From NCBI GenBank assembly GCA_051294375.1, contig CM119265.1:21948278-22012277 (forward strand): DNA of 64,000 bases, given 5' to 3'. The stretch comes from Paraspadella gotoi (lineage: Eukaryota; Animalia; Chaetognatha). Below are positions 1-12,685 of this stretch, in pieces (positions within the stretch are counted from its first letter, which is position 1; every line of letters starts with the position of its first letter). The notes below the pieces were generated by a model. It did not search any database and was not told the origin of the DNA. It worked only from the letters and a program-made list of their open reading frames with translations. The translations under genes were made by a program, and so were the position numbers.

Positions 1-530
1 AAATATAGTGGCTCTTAGCATTCAACAAGGCACATCAGAAAACGACCTAACCCTCCACAGAAAAAGTTATACGGATACAAGACTGATACAAACTTCAGTT
101 ACCCTGGTGGATATTATAGTCTTAGATCGGAGTTTGTAAGATCAGGTTCACTATGATGACACTTCAAAAGAGGTCCGATCGACTTCGTCGGGAGATGATG
201 CAATTGAAGCCAGGTTGCCGATTTTGCTCCAGTCAACTGCGAGGTCGGAGCCTCTTCTACAGTGAAGTTTGGAAACAATCGCGCTTCGTCATCCTTCGAA
301 ATCGTACGTCACTATCTACGTGAAGGTGTCGTCGACCGAAGGAAGCAGGACAATATTCACGAGACGGCACCATACCGTCCAGGGTGGATAAGGAGATCAT
401 CTTCCCCAAGCCCCGTGAACTCCTTCTTCTCTTGACACTTTTTCTCGTTCCGGGGTTTAGTGGCCGCGTGTAAGTTACAGCCGCAACACGGTCGACGCTG
501 TTGACATGCTGCTCGGAGTTCGACCTTTTG

Positions 531-1107
531 CGAGGCAGCGTCCATTGCCCGGCTCAGTCGAGGGGACGAGTCGAAACTGACGACTTCCGGTTGCGCAGAG
601 CGGAGGGGGCGTGCTCGCGTGCCGTGGACGGCCGTCGCTTCGGATATCGACGATGGGGGTCGTCGTCGTCGCGGCCGACGTCGGAACTGAGTGAAGGGGC
701 GGATTGATTCATTGATTATAATTTTTTAAATTTATTTATTTACTTTTTATTTATTTTTTTAAATTTATTTATTTATTTATTTTTATTCATTTATTTATTT
801 TTATTTATTTATTTTTTTAAATTTATTTATTTTATTTATTAATTTTAATATACTTATTTATTTTTATTTATTTATTTATTTACATTTATTTATTATTTAT
901 TTTATTTTTAATTTATTTATTTATTTTTTATTTATTTATTTATTATTTATTTATTTATTTATTTTATTTATTTATTTATTTATTTATTTATTATTTATTT
1001 ATTTATTCAAGTACATCATGTACAATTATTTTTTGTTCATTTTTCTTTCTTCAAAATGTTCCAAATTTTTCCGTTTTTTAAATATAATTTTTTATCAAAA
1101 TGATTCT
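531..1107. repeat. Partial third copy of exon 8 and adjacent AT-rich intron, beside an N-gap
   Basis: 556-720 matches 1358-1520 and ~22680-22860; 1010-1107 matches ~23160-23264. Confidence 0.75.
721..1006. repeat. (TTTA)n-like low-complexity tract (also 1521-1692 and 22861-23136)
   Basis: Direct inspection. Confidence 0.9.
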
Positions 1108-1220
1108 NNNNNNNNNNNNNNNNNNNNNNNNNGATTCGTCACGTGAACTCATTTGTGTACCAGTCATAATTGTCTGTCGAGAATCGATCAGTCACTTCAA
1201 CCTCAACTCGAGTCTCTCAC

Positions 1221-1486
1221 CCGGAAGTTTCGTCGAGCCGAAGAGACGCTTTTTCCGACGCCACCGACTCTTTTCTTCGCGTCGGGGCGCCGTTGGTTCG
1301 CGGCGGCGACGTCGGACGCCGAGTCGACGACCAAGGCAGCGTCAATGCCGGCGGTCAAGTCGAGGGGACGATGTCGAAACTGACGACTTCCGGTTGCCAG
1401 AGCGGAGGGGGCGTGCTCGCGTGCCGTGACGGCCGTCGCTTCGGATATCGACGATGGGGTCGTCGTCGTCGCGGCCGACGTCGGAA
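1221..1486 (-). CDS. IgSF gene exon 8, cytoplasmic, clean copy
   Basis: CTTCACCAG|TT CCG: LPTSAATTTTPSSISEATAV...SSARRNFR|GTGAGA; 266 nt, phase 1-0. An in-frame TGA at 1203-1205 would end the protein if the donor is not used. Confidence 0.72.
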
Positions 1487-3153
1487 CTGGTGAAGGGGCG
1501 GATTGATTCATTGATTATAATTTTTAACTTGTTTATTTATTTACTTTTTATTTATTTTATTTAATTTATTTATTTATTTTATCTTTATTTTATTCATTTA
1601 TTATATTTTTATTATTTATTTTTTTAATTTATTTATTTTTATTATATTATTATTTTATATATTATTTATTTATGTATTTATTTATTTATTTAATCTCTCT
1701 CTTATCGTTCTGCCTTTTACAACTTTCTAACCTTTCTAAATTGTTTAAGCGTTTGTTTGACAAGTGTATTAGCGCTAGAAATTAGTACGAAACGGTGCGC
1801 ATTACCCAATTAGCGAAAAATCGCATTCATCATTGTAGCTGTCCGAATATAAATGATTTCGGGGTCAACATGACGTTCGAAAAATCCGTTTTGTCCATGA
1901 AATTTTACCCCGGGAAACAAACTACAAGCCCCTGAGGATTCGTCAATTTTGTTATGATTACTTTCAGATATATAGTATTTATCTGAAATTATTCTATTTC
2001 AATGATTTAGACCGATGATTAGCTAGGCGAAAAAATAACAATTTAGTTCGTTTGTGGTTAGACCTGTCGCAGAAAAATTTGATTTTCCACAAAATATAAT
2101 TTTCTAAGGAATAAAAATAAATATATGATTATTGACTAAATAATACGTGGATTATTTAAATAAAACTGGTAATTCGATGTTGTGAAACAAATTACCAAAA
2201 AAAAACAATTTCTGAATACAATCTTTTCGTAACTTATGTATAATTTGCTTTGTTATTTTTCCCGCCGAAACCAATTTCGATCTTTAATAAGTGAAACATA
2301 ATATTCCGAAAAAGCTAATTTTTCACATTCTGCCCCGTGGGGTCAGAATTCGCTTGAGATATGATAATTGTATGTTATTACTATTTAAAACCTGGAATGT
2401 AAATTGAACTTAATCACTTTCGACTGGTATCGCCAGACGAGAGAGGCCTGCCAGGAGATAACAATATTTAGCCCTCGGGCCACACAGCGAACGAACGAAC
2501 CGGGAAAAAAAATCAGGTTTTTATTCGAAAGAACGAATTCGCGAAATGATAATTGCTAGAAAATCTGGAGAAGAAGACGGAGATAGAGATAAAGATAGAG
2601 ATAGAGACAGATCTTGACAAAGATCTTGACAAAGATCTTCGCTGAATTCATTTCAAGACAGATTTCAATTAAATCCGGGAATTTACGACAAACTCGGGGG
2701 GGGGGAGAGGACAAAGCGTTACGGACAAACCAACAGATTTGTAATCCGTTGATAGAGATAAACGAAAATACGAAGTCAGCAAATTTAATAAATTTCAAAA
2801 AGAAAAAAATGAGAAAATAAACCAATAAGCCATAGAGTTATCTTAAAATATCACGCGCTTTGAGAAACCTCAGTTCGATATTTGGTTATGTTGTGGCGGT
2901 AAATTCACGTCGCCTCACCTCCATCATCCTTTAGAACACACCTTCTCGACCGTGCGTTCGATCCACATTTTACGTACAGTCCTAACGACTTCCTAAACGC
3001 GACTGAGGATCAGTAGCCCCTCCCCACGCCAAGGGGTGAGATGCCAAACCCAGCTGCGCATCACAGGCAACCCGATTGTTGCTATAATGCATTATTTGTT
3101 TGTACCCATTTAATACGTATTAAATCATCGAAATAAAAAGTAAATAAACTCAC

Positions 3154-3353
3154 GGGAAAATCCTGAGTTGGGAAGGGATCCGTTGATCCTGAGAAAAGGG
3201 ACGGCAGCGTCGTCGTCATCGTCGTCTTCTATCCTAATTTTTTCTTCCGGCACGAGGAGATTTCCGTTCGGCGCCAGGTGGACGCCGTCGACCTCAGCGC
3301 CCTCTACTTGAACGGCGATGTTCGCCATCTTCGGCTGGCGCCATCGCACGTTT
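3154..3353 (-). CDS. IgSF gene exon 7, cytoplasmic, clean copy
   Basis: CTCTCCAG|A AAC: NVRWRQPKMANIAVQVEG...RIEDDDDDAAVPFLRINGSLPNSGFS C|GTGAGT; 200 nt, phase 2-1. Confidence 0.8.
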
Positions 3354-3643
3354 CTGGAGAGAGANNNNNNNNNNNNNNNNNNNNNNNNNNNNNNNNNNNN
3401 NNNNNNNNNNNNNNNNNNNNNNNNNNNNNNNNNNNNNNNNNNNNNNNNNNNNNNNNNNNNNNNNNNNNNNNNNNNNNNNNNNNNNNNNNNNNNNNNNNNN
3501 NNNNNNNNNNNNNNNNNNNNNNNNNNNNNNNNNNNNNNNNNNNNNNAGGAGACATAAATTGTGGGATGAAGTGGTTGCTTGAAATTTAAGAGCAATATGA
3601 TGAAAAAATCTGAGCAATAATCTCATTACTTCACTGTGAAGAG

Positions 3644-3715
3644 ACTAACTTGCAGTGCGTGTACAAAACCTACATGCAATGCGTGTGCAAAACTCACTTG
3701 CAATGCGTGTACGAG
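3644..3715 (-). repeat. 3 x 24-bp tandem repeat spanning the TM-exon splice donor
   Basis: Plus-strand units actaacttgcagtgcgtgtacaaa / acctacatgcaatgcgtgtgcaaa / actcacttgcaatgcgtgtacgag; also present at ~25272-25345. Confidence 0.85.
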
Positions 3716-3794
3716 AGCGCGCAAATGACGATGACCAAAATTCCCGCGAAAATCGCGACAGCGGCGATTCCTTGAGGAAATGGAATCGAAACAT
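3698..3794 (-). CDS. IgSF gene exon 6, transmembrane exon, clean copy
   Basis: CTGTAG|AT GTT: DVSIPFPQGIAAVAIFAGILVIVICALSYTHC AA|GTGAGT; 97 nt, phase 1-2; ~20-aa hydrophobic helix followed after splicing by basic KNVRWR. Confidence 0.85.
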
Positions 3795-4829
3795 CTACAG
3801 TATGAAACTCTAGCTCTCTCTCTCTCTCTCTCTNNNNNNNNNNNNNNNNNNNNNNNNNNNNNNNNNNNNNNNNNNNNNNNNNNNNNNNNNNNNNNNNNNN
3901 NNNNNNNNNNNNNNNNNNNNNNNNNNNNNNNNNNNNNNNNNNNNNNNNNNNNNNNNNNNNNNNNNNNNNNTTTTTCTTACTCCACGACTGGCGTGTGGTC
4001 ATTCGGCGCCCGTGCAGAGGCCTCGCAAAAAAGGCATTCTAAATAAATTAAGTTTTATTGGAAAAATAAGAACAGAAGAAAAGAAAACGAACAGCAACAC
4101 GCCGCACCCAACCAGCCACACCGCCCCCTCAACAAAAAAAAAACCAGTTTCTTTCTTTCGGGATGAAGTCAATCGTTTTTCAATCGAGAAAAAACATCAT
4201 GAAAAAGTCTTTTCTGTCTTAAATCTCATCGCATGAGGCCTTAGATCTACGCAGTCTCTCTCGCCGGGCGCCCTCTCTGTCGCAGAGAACAAAAGAAAAA
4301 CAAAAGACGGAACCAGTTTTTTTTTTCTTCTTCTTCTTTTTTTTCCTCCCGTTAAGCCACTTAGTTAAGTCGATTTGAGTTATATTCTTTTTTAATTAAA
4401 CGCGCATGGATGGAGCGTAAAGAATCATAATCGATTCCTAATAAGGTAATCAGTCTCTCTCTTTTTTTCTCTCTCCCCAAAACCGCCTTTGTTCTTAATC
4501 CCTCGGCGTCGGCCTTTTTTTGTCACTTGAAATTTTTTAGCCAATTCTTTTTCATTTTTAGATGTCGTCTCTCTCTCTCTCTCTCTTTCTCTCTCTATCC
4601 ATCTCTCTCTCTCTCGTCTCTCTCTTTGCGTCTGGAACTGCCACTCAAAAAAAATTACCACTTTATAATTTTTTAAACTGTATTTGCTCTTTACCTTCGC
4701 AAGGAGGGGAGGGGAGGAGAAGCGAGGAGGAGGAGGATTAGCCATGCGCGATTTGTTGAGCGAGTTGATCGGCGTCGTCGACGGGGTTGCGCTGCGTCCT
4801 GGGCGCCTGGGTCCTCGGCCTTGAGTTCT

Positions 4830-5960
4830 GTCTCGGCGAGATCCAGTCGGTCGTCGGTCGCCCTTTGTTCGTCGTGATGCCAGGCGGTTTTAATTCTTTG
4901 CTAGTATTTACTGTTTCTCTTCCGACGCTCGGGATTTCGACGGTGTATATTTAAACCCGTTTCGATGAATGACACGGAAAGCGGGCCTTCTGTAAGGAGG
5001 GGTTAGAGATGCGTCTGTTACGCGGTGGTCGCTCTCGACGGAAGAGTACTTGCGCGGATTCGTGAGGTTCTCCGGGAGGTGCACGGCCGGTTGTCGATGC
5101 GCGGATGTTGGGAGTCGGCTGCAGGCGGCAACCTCTACTCGCAGTTTTGAGAGTTTGTGTGGCTGCGCTCCGGTTTAATGCGTCGTTGTCGACTCTGGGC
5201 ATCGCCGAGTAAGCTATGCCCGGGAATGCATATGCCTTCGCCGCGTAGGGTCGGCTGCTGAAGCGCCAAGCGTCCTCCTTGATGGTCGTTTTTTATGATT
5301 GTCCCAGGGTAAGGTTAACGGTAATTTCATGAACCATCCTTCCCTTCTTCGCTTTCCCAGTGCCATAAGTGATTCCTTTAACTACGCGTGGAACCTTATC
5401 CACAATGCCGTTAGCCTGTGGGTGATATGCTGTAGTAGTTTGCATGCTTGATACCCCAAGTTTTTTCGTTAGTTGGCGCCAAAGAGTCGTATGAATTGGC
5501 TCTCTCTACTGCTCCGTTATCACCGCTGGGATTCCGAATGTTACTGATCCAGTTCGTGGCTTAATGCGTCGAGGAGTGGTTGGCCGTAATCGTATCTCTA
5601 ATGGGATGGCAGCTGGCCATCTCGAAAAGCGGTCGCCGCATGGGTTAAGAGGTGGGTGAATCGTTCGATTTGGGCATCTTGACAAGGTCCAGGTTCAAAT
5701 GTGAAAATCGACCTGTCCGGCGTTGCGATGTGGCGGAACCTTGAATTCTCCTATCTCTGGTACTGTGTTGCCGAGTTATTTTTTGCCCGCTGGCAATCGA
5801 CACAGTCACGTGACCATTGGCGTTAACGTCGCTGGCGCATATTCGTCAGACGAATTTCGCCGCTACAGCTTTCTCGTGCGCGTCGACCCCTGCGGATGAC
5901 CGAGTCCTGTGTATAACGTCAAAACTTTTCGTCGCCACGGATGCTGGAACGGAATGGTGT
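4830..5960 (-). pseudogene. pol: Gypsy integrase (frameshifted)
   Basis: HHCC remnants (LGHP.G; CVDCQRAK), RFSRWPAAIPL, FGIPAVIT, TTTAYHPQANGIVD. Confidence 0.9.
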
Positions 5961-6469
5961 CGCTGGACCGTTTGAGATATCAGCGAGGAGTTCCTGATTG
6001 CCAACTCGAATCTTCCGGAATGCTCAAGCCGGTTCTCGCTTCCTCAGAGATCTTTTGAAAGTCGCGGATCTAGAACTTGTTCCCGCGCCATTTGTTTCCA
6101 AAGTCGATCTCGAAGGTTGTTAACGACGCATCAGCGCATTGGCTGTCTTCCAAGGGTTGGGTTTGATTTTCTCCTCACTCGCTCGTGTCGCTTTGCTGTC
6201 GAATGGTGGAGGGTCGTTGCACTGGTTGAGTCATAATTTGTCGCAATCGCCTCATTGGAGGACTATTTTGATTTGTCGGACTTTGGCCGCATTATTCTGC
6301 GAAGTAGCTGTAGTGAACGCTGGGGCGGAAGAGCGTCGAGACGTTTCTGAGTTGATCGTGCGGACGATTTGAGGCTGCTTGTTATCCTGCTGCTGCTGCG
6401 GTTGATGTGAATTGCCTGCTGGGCCCTGCTGTTGAGACGCGTGTTCAGAGACGAGTAGAGCGCGTCTGC

Positions 6470-7800
6470 GACGACATTCGCCTTGCCTTTCAATAGCGCG
6501 AGTATTCTGTCGCTATACTCAGCTTGATTACTGACAGCTGGGTAAGCTTGAACGCAGCGCGCTTTTGGGCTTCCGACTTTCTTGTAGGGCGCGGAATGCG
6601 TCGTAAGCTCTGGTCGTCTGTGATAGACTCGGTGAATGTTCTTCCTTTCAATCCAGCTGGCGAAAATGACCGGACTGCACGGAAGGCGCCATTAAGCTCG
6701 CGGGCGAAGGGGTGCCAGAGGCTCTGGGATTTTTCGCAATTGGCCGAAGAAAAGAGGCCAAAGGGCTCCGCCAGCCTTGGGACGGCCTCTTGCTGCCAGC
6801 ATCGGCTCCACCGCGTGGGTCAGACGGCATCCGGTGTGATGCAGAGCTGCGCCAGCCGTTCTTGAGTGAATGAGTGCAGGTAGCGCTTGCCTGGATGCAA
6901 GCCTTCTTTTATTGCTTCAAAGGCTCCGCGTCGCAGTCCTCCGTCACTTGAGGGCTTTTGGCTTTCCACTGAGTGCCTTCATTACAGTGGCGGCACAGCG
7001 CTATGAAGCGACCTTTTGGAACATTGAAACGCCGCATAGTAATTTATCATTTCCAAGGAAACGCTGGGCTTCGCTTGATTGGATGTCGGCTTTTGTCGTT
7101 TCACGGAAGGAGTTTGTACCCGGTCGGGTGTTAAAGGGCGCACACCATCTTGTCGACGGAGGAACCCAGAAATTCCAGGCATTCCTGGCCAAGGAGACGA
7201 TTTCTTCGTGTTTACCACGAGGGCGTTGTCGTGCGAGTGCTTAAGACCACGCATCAAGGTCACGGAGATAGCTCCTCCGGCGTTTGTCGATGCGTGTCGA
7301 CCAAAATGTCGTCGAGATTAGACGGAATGTGTGCGGGGATGTCGCGAGTATGAGTCCATAGGCGCTGGAAAATCTTGCCCCGCATGTTTTTCAGCCCAAA
7401 GTGGGCAGCGGGTGAAGAGACGTACAAGGCAATGGCGTGCATGACCGCCGTGCTTTTTTAGCGTTCCTCGGGTTGACGTGGATCTGATGATACCCCTTAA
7501 GTAAGTGCTATCTTTGTGAAAAGGATAGGTTTTTCCTCGAGGTTGCGCGTTAAAGTCGGGGTCAGCAGCTTGACGCGGATAGCGGCTCGTCTATTGTTTG
7601 AGCATTCAGCCGGCGGGTTAATCACCGCAGCAGGCGGCCAACAGCGCGTCCGGCCGTTTGCTACTACGGTGGAAGCGGCGGGACCGACGTCTGATTTTCC
7701 TCTCTTGGGCTATTACCGTAGCGAGACCATTTTTTCCAGCTCTTCTTTGCCGTATCTGCCAGCTTTTCCGGATCTGAGTCGGCACGCGCTGAGAGGTTGA
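6470..7800 (-). pseudogene. pol: Gypsy pol reverse transcriptase plus RNase H (frameshifted)
   Basis: Motifs spread across frames: KGYHQI, FGLKN, FQRL, LDDILV, LVVNTKK, EFLG, QRFLG, MINYY, KGKANVVADAL. Confidence 0.9.
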
Positions 7801-10589
7801 CAGGGTCGACCTTCGTGTCGGGGATGGGGAGGGTAACGCCGTGAGCGCAGGTTGCTTTGGAGGTTCGGAATGTCGGCGTGTAAAGAGAAGGAAACGAATC
7901 TATAGAGTTGTGATGAGAAATGTTTTCGTCGCTTTGCGGATCCTACAGAGATTCACGTGAGCTAGGTGGCTGCGCGGCGGGATGAGTGTCGACGCGGGGC
8001 GGTATCTGCGTCGACGTATCCTTCAGGTCCGATCAATAGGCTCGTCTCTGTGCAGTTAGGCGCTAAGGAGAATTCTTCGCGAGAAAGAGTTCGTGCCGCC
8101 GTAAGATAAGAGCTGTGTGACGTCAGCCCAGGGTACCGAAATTGCAGTATTTCGGAATGTCTGTTTTCGCTAGGTGTTGACTGGTCTGTTTTGATGGTGC
8201 CAAGCAGTTGTATTGCGTGAACGCATTTGGCGTGCTGAGTGCTGTAACTTCATCTCTGGGTTTGGGTGCCGCTGGTTGCCTTTTGTTCGTGGAGTCGGAG
8301 GAATAAGTGTGGGATGGAGGATGGGCCCCGCCGTCCACCATCCCATTTGGGATTCCTGGCTTTGCGGAGTCTCTTATGTACAGTAGTCGGTGGTTGCTGC
8401 GTGATGTAGAACTGTGATTGATGTATGGGGACGGCGTTCACCGCCGGCGTCCCCCTTTTTCCCGTTTTCCCTTCTTTGGCCTCGCTTTTTGAGATTTCCT
8501 CGAATTTTTTGCGAGCCGGGTTCGCGACGAGCCGAGCGCGGTTGTCTGCCAAACACTTAACGTGTTTGGCGTGCGGGGTCGATCAATTTGCTCTTTATTT
8601 TCCCTATTGACTGGATTCTGACGGCGTTCTTCCCGTTTTTGCTAGTGTACGCTTCTTGCGAAATTGTCGAAGCCGCGATGTGAATGGCGTCGTCGGTGTC
8701 GTGCGTCCTCTGCAGTTCCGGATGATTGACCGTCGACGTGTGACGGAGCAGCGACGTTGCTCGTCGATTCTGCGAAGCGGTTGGGCTCGCCATGTCGCCG
8801 CGTGACCATAGAGTGAGGTCTGCACTTCGGGCGGGATCTTGAGGGTGTCGGGCCGCCTCGGTGTTGTCGATTAATGCCGGTCGCGGAGGAGTTGGCATGT
8901 ACGTGTGCGGTCGGGCTGATAGCGTCCTCGGGCCTTGTGCTCGAATTGCCGGACGCGAGGCGTCGGACGGGCACTCGAGCGGAGGAAGTTTTTTCTTTTC
9001 CGCACTTCATGCGAGGTTGATGGTTTGCGATGCGCTGCCGGCCTCGCGAGCGTCGCTAGCATTTGTCGAGCGGCTTGCAGTGCCGGGTCGAGCGGTCGAG
9101 CTTGTTGTCGAGAGTGTGGAGGCTTGTTGACGTGTTTTGACAGGCCAGTAATTTCGCGTTCCTCAGGGTACTGCGAGGAACGAACTGGCGCGCAGGCGGT
9201 CTCCGTCCGGTCGTTGTCGCCGAACAGGAATGGTTTATTAGTGAGGATCGGACGTTGACGTTTATTGTGCTTCCAGGTGGGCAAGAGCTTATTTGTGGCG
9301 GACGGTTATGCCCGCGCGGCGGGGTGTAAGCGCCGTCTAGGCGGCCGCCGAATCCGAGATTTGCGATGTTGGAGAACGGTGCAAGGATTCCGGGTAATCT
9401 GGTTTCGCGGTTGACGGGGTCGCTTCCAGAAGCGCGTGTCGCCGCTGCCAGGGGCGGCCGCGGAGGCTCGTTCGTTTTCACTGCGAACGTTCCGGGTCGG
9501 AAGCGCCGCGGTTGCCATGCCGGCCGTCGACCGAGATTTCTCGGCTTCGCTTAAGTTTTCGGCGTTGGCTGCTTGGCGAAGGTGAAAGCTTTGCAGCGGC
9601 GGTCAGCGTAAGGCGGGGAGATGTCGACCTCGAATCGTCTGCCCTCTCCGCAATCCGCAACGGGAGCAGTGTAGCGTCGCACATGCGCATGAGGCGTGCG
9701 GCGCTGTGAGGCTCGATCGGTCGCTCGCTTGTGCGGTTGGGCATGAGCGAAGTCGCTGGACGGTAATCGTCGCCGTTCATCGGAATCTCCTTCGTTTGGC
9801 TGGAGTCGGTTGAGGGGAGTTGAGGGGAATTGCGGGCGGGGTGTGGAAAGAGTGTCAGGTGGATCGGGAGATCAACGACTGTAGATGTCCGAATTCATTG
9901 CCCGTCTTACCGTCGGAAGGTGGTAATTGTTCCTGCTGTCGGCGCGCGCGTTAAGGGTTCGGTTGCTGGTTCTGCGTCGACTCGTCGAAGTGTCCGTCGC
10001 GAGATCTCTGCGCAGAAGCGGAAAGTGGCGTGGGCACTTGATTGAGTTTACAGTTCTAAGGAGTAGTGTGGTGGCCAAAGATGAGCGTATGCTGCTGTGA
10101 ACGTATGTAGTTGCAGGGAGTGATGATGAGATTAACTTTTGATTTCGAAGAAGTCTTTCTATCAGTAGATGAAGTTGTGGATTAGATACACGTTTGACGA
10201 GTCAAATAATGAACAAGTTGTTTTAAACCGGCATGGTAAGTAAACAAGCAGTGTGATTTCTTATGGAGAGCGATAAGAATGAGAGAGCTGATATGAAGTC
10301 TTCAGGCCAAGAGAGCCAATGCATAGAAGGTAAACAATAGAGTCCGCACTACCAATGAGAGCAGTTTCTGTTTGAGGGATGAGGTTGGGTTGCCATAAAA
10401 TCAAAAGCTTCGTTATCCTAGAAGTGTGTGTGTGTGGTTTGAGATTTAGAGTAAGGAGGGATCTTGTGGGGTCGTCTGGTGGGCTAAAGGATTGGGAATC
10501 TTAGGCGTCCAGCGCTCGAGTTGCGGGTTCGATCCGCCGAAGGGATAGCATTCTGTTCTGTTTGTTAGAAAGTTGTCTTCTCGGCGAGT

Positions 10590-12150
10590 GGACGCATGAC
10601 GGATTAAGCCGAATGGTTAAAAGACGTTGAATGGTTAATGAGAAAGAGACGCTGCTCTCTGCTAATCTCACCAATCCCTTTCTCGGTCGGTCGGATTTTA
10701 ACGGGCGTCGGTACCTCGTACAAATTGCACAATCGTCTTTTAGGCTTACAAGCCGTGCGTAGGCGTAGGAAGGGAGCGTGTGAACGTTGGGCATGGGTGA
10801 TTTGGCGGTTAGAATTTTGAACGGCGGCTGGACATGTTCCGAATGTAAAAGCCGTTTGTCCCGCGGCGAGGAGATGCACTCTCGGCTGCTCTTCGTCGCC
10901 CGATGGCGCCCGAAACGGCTTTACGAGGGTTTCGACGGCCTGGGACTCCATCGACGTGAATCCAGGTTTATTGCGGCGATCGCCGCAGTGTGGGTATGCC
11001 GGCCATTCGCCGTGTCGATGCAGCCTGAGGGGAAGAAAGTGTGGCGATCGGAAGGAGCAGGACTGGATCAAGGCTAGAGCACGATGCACTGCTCGGTGGA
11101 TCTCGAGAGGAAGCAGACACCGGACATCGGTCTGCGCAAGGATGCCCAGTAGGCATCGATCCGCGCCAGGTTCGTCGGTCGCGGAGTACGTTCGTGAGGG
11201 GAACGTGAGATAAATCTTCGAATGAGTGGATTTGGATAAGAGTTAAGTTTATTTATGGCACGCCAGGGACGAGAGGATTCTTTCATGGTCTGCCCAGTCG
11301 AGGCGTTTTATTTTGGGTTAATTTTAGCTAACGGATTACCCTAAAAAAACTCCATCCCTGAGTGTTCTGGTTACTATTTATGATTTTATAATCGTTTTCA
11401 TTGGATGTATATAATTATATAAGTATATAGTTGTGTTCCATCAAAGATTCCAGTTTTTCAACTTTTGTCACAATTTCTCGAGTTTGTAGGTGCAAACTGG
11501 GCACTCCTGTTAGGCAATTGGTGCTTTCTTTACGTACTCGCGCCGCGAGGCCGCGCCGTACCCGCCTCGCCGCTGGTCGCGTGAGCTTTCTTGACTACTT
11601 TTGCTTAAGCCTTGTGACATACTTAAGCCTCTTTTGGTAGCGAAATTCTCATCTCGCGGAGAGATATTTGCCCCAAGACGTGGGGAATTAACGGTTCGGG
11701 AGAAAGAGTATACTCGAGATTATTAGTTAGAGGCTTTAAGAGACGGGAGAGGATTCCAAGCAAAGAAAAAAATCTAGGATTATTGCACGTCGCTGAAGGA
11801 GGGGCCAGGGTGTTGGAATTTTTAAGAATCGGGCGGTGTTGGAATTTAAATAAAAAAACCGTGTTGCGATTTTGTTGGTGAAAAAGGGGTGATGGGGATC
11901 GTTTTCAAAAAGAGAGGAGGTGTAAATAACTGGATTATTTTCATTTTTCTTTTTGTGAAAGAATAAGTTTGTTTAAAAAAAAAGAATTGTGTTGTGGGAG
12001 AGAGATGGATGGCAGGTCAAGAATACAGTTCATCCCTCGGGACCCCCGCCGTCTTGCAAAATTAAAAAAGAGAAGAGATCGTATCCTTCGTTTTTTTTGG
12101 GGCGTGAGAAAAAAGGGGACAAAAAAGTATTTAAACAATTAGATGCGAGG
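10590..12150 (-). repeat. Inverted noisy copy of ~26300-27650
   Basis: 12121-12145 AAAAAAGTATTTAAACAATTAGATG matches the reverse complement of ~26303-26327, apart from one extra base; the match continues through exon 5 to ~10590. Confidence 0.85.
10871..11185 (+). pseudogene. Inverted, very noisy copy of IgSF exon 5
   Basis: Reverse complement of 12686-12946 (e.g. GGAGCAGGACTGGATCA, CGCGCCAGGTTCGTCG) with dense insertions, inside inverted block 10590-12150. Confidence 0.7.
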
Positions 12151-12685
12151 TGNNNNNNNNNNNNNNNNNNNNNNNNNCACAAAATCCAACACGGTTTTTT
12201 TTTTAAATCCAACACCCTCGATTCTAAAAATCCAACACCCTGGCCCCTCTTCAGTGAGTAGAAATCCTAGATTTTTTTGCTGGAATCCTCTCCGTTTTTA
12301 AAGCTTAATAANNNNNNNNNNNNNNNNNNNNNNNNNNNNNNNNNNNNNNNNNNNNNNNNNNNNNNNNNNNNNNNNNNNNNNNNNNNNNNNNNNNNNNNNN
12401 NNNNNNNNNNNNNNNNNNNNNNNNNNNNNNNNNNNNNNNNNNNNNNNNNNNNNNNNNNNNNNNNNNNNNNNNNNNNNNNNNNNNNNNNNNNNNNNNNNNN
12501 NNNNNNNNNNNNNNNNNNNNNNNNNNNNNNNNNNNNNNNNNNNNNNNNNNNNNNNNNNNNNNNNNNNNNNNNNTAAAATAAAACGCCTGATGGGCAGAAT
12601 GGAAAGATCTCTCGTCCTGGTGCATAAATAAATTAATTTATCAATCCATCATTCGAAGATTATTCACGTTCCCACGAGCACGTAC

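Larger units (their letters stand above)
4699..10580 (-). mobile_element. Ty3/Gypsy LTR retrotransposon (possibly CsRn1-like clade), frameshifted, 3' end truncated
   Basis: Minus-strand motifs in the order PR (VDGGA ~8335), RT (DPEKL ~7770, KGYHQIHVNP ~7490, FGLKN..KIFQRL, LDDILV ~7310, QRFLG/MINYY ~7060), RNase H (REL..AFRAVR, KGKANVVADAL ~6480), IN (RDCVDCQRAK, RFSRWPAAIPL, FGIPAVIT, TTAYHPQANGIV ~5420), and a PPY/GP-type tail ~4990. RT-RH-IN order indicates Gypsy. No LTR pair visible; clade call is inference. Confidence 0.93.
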
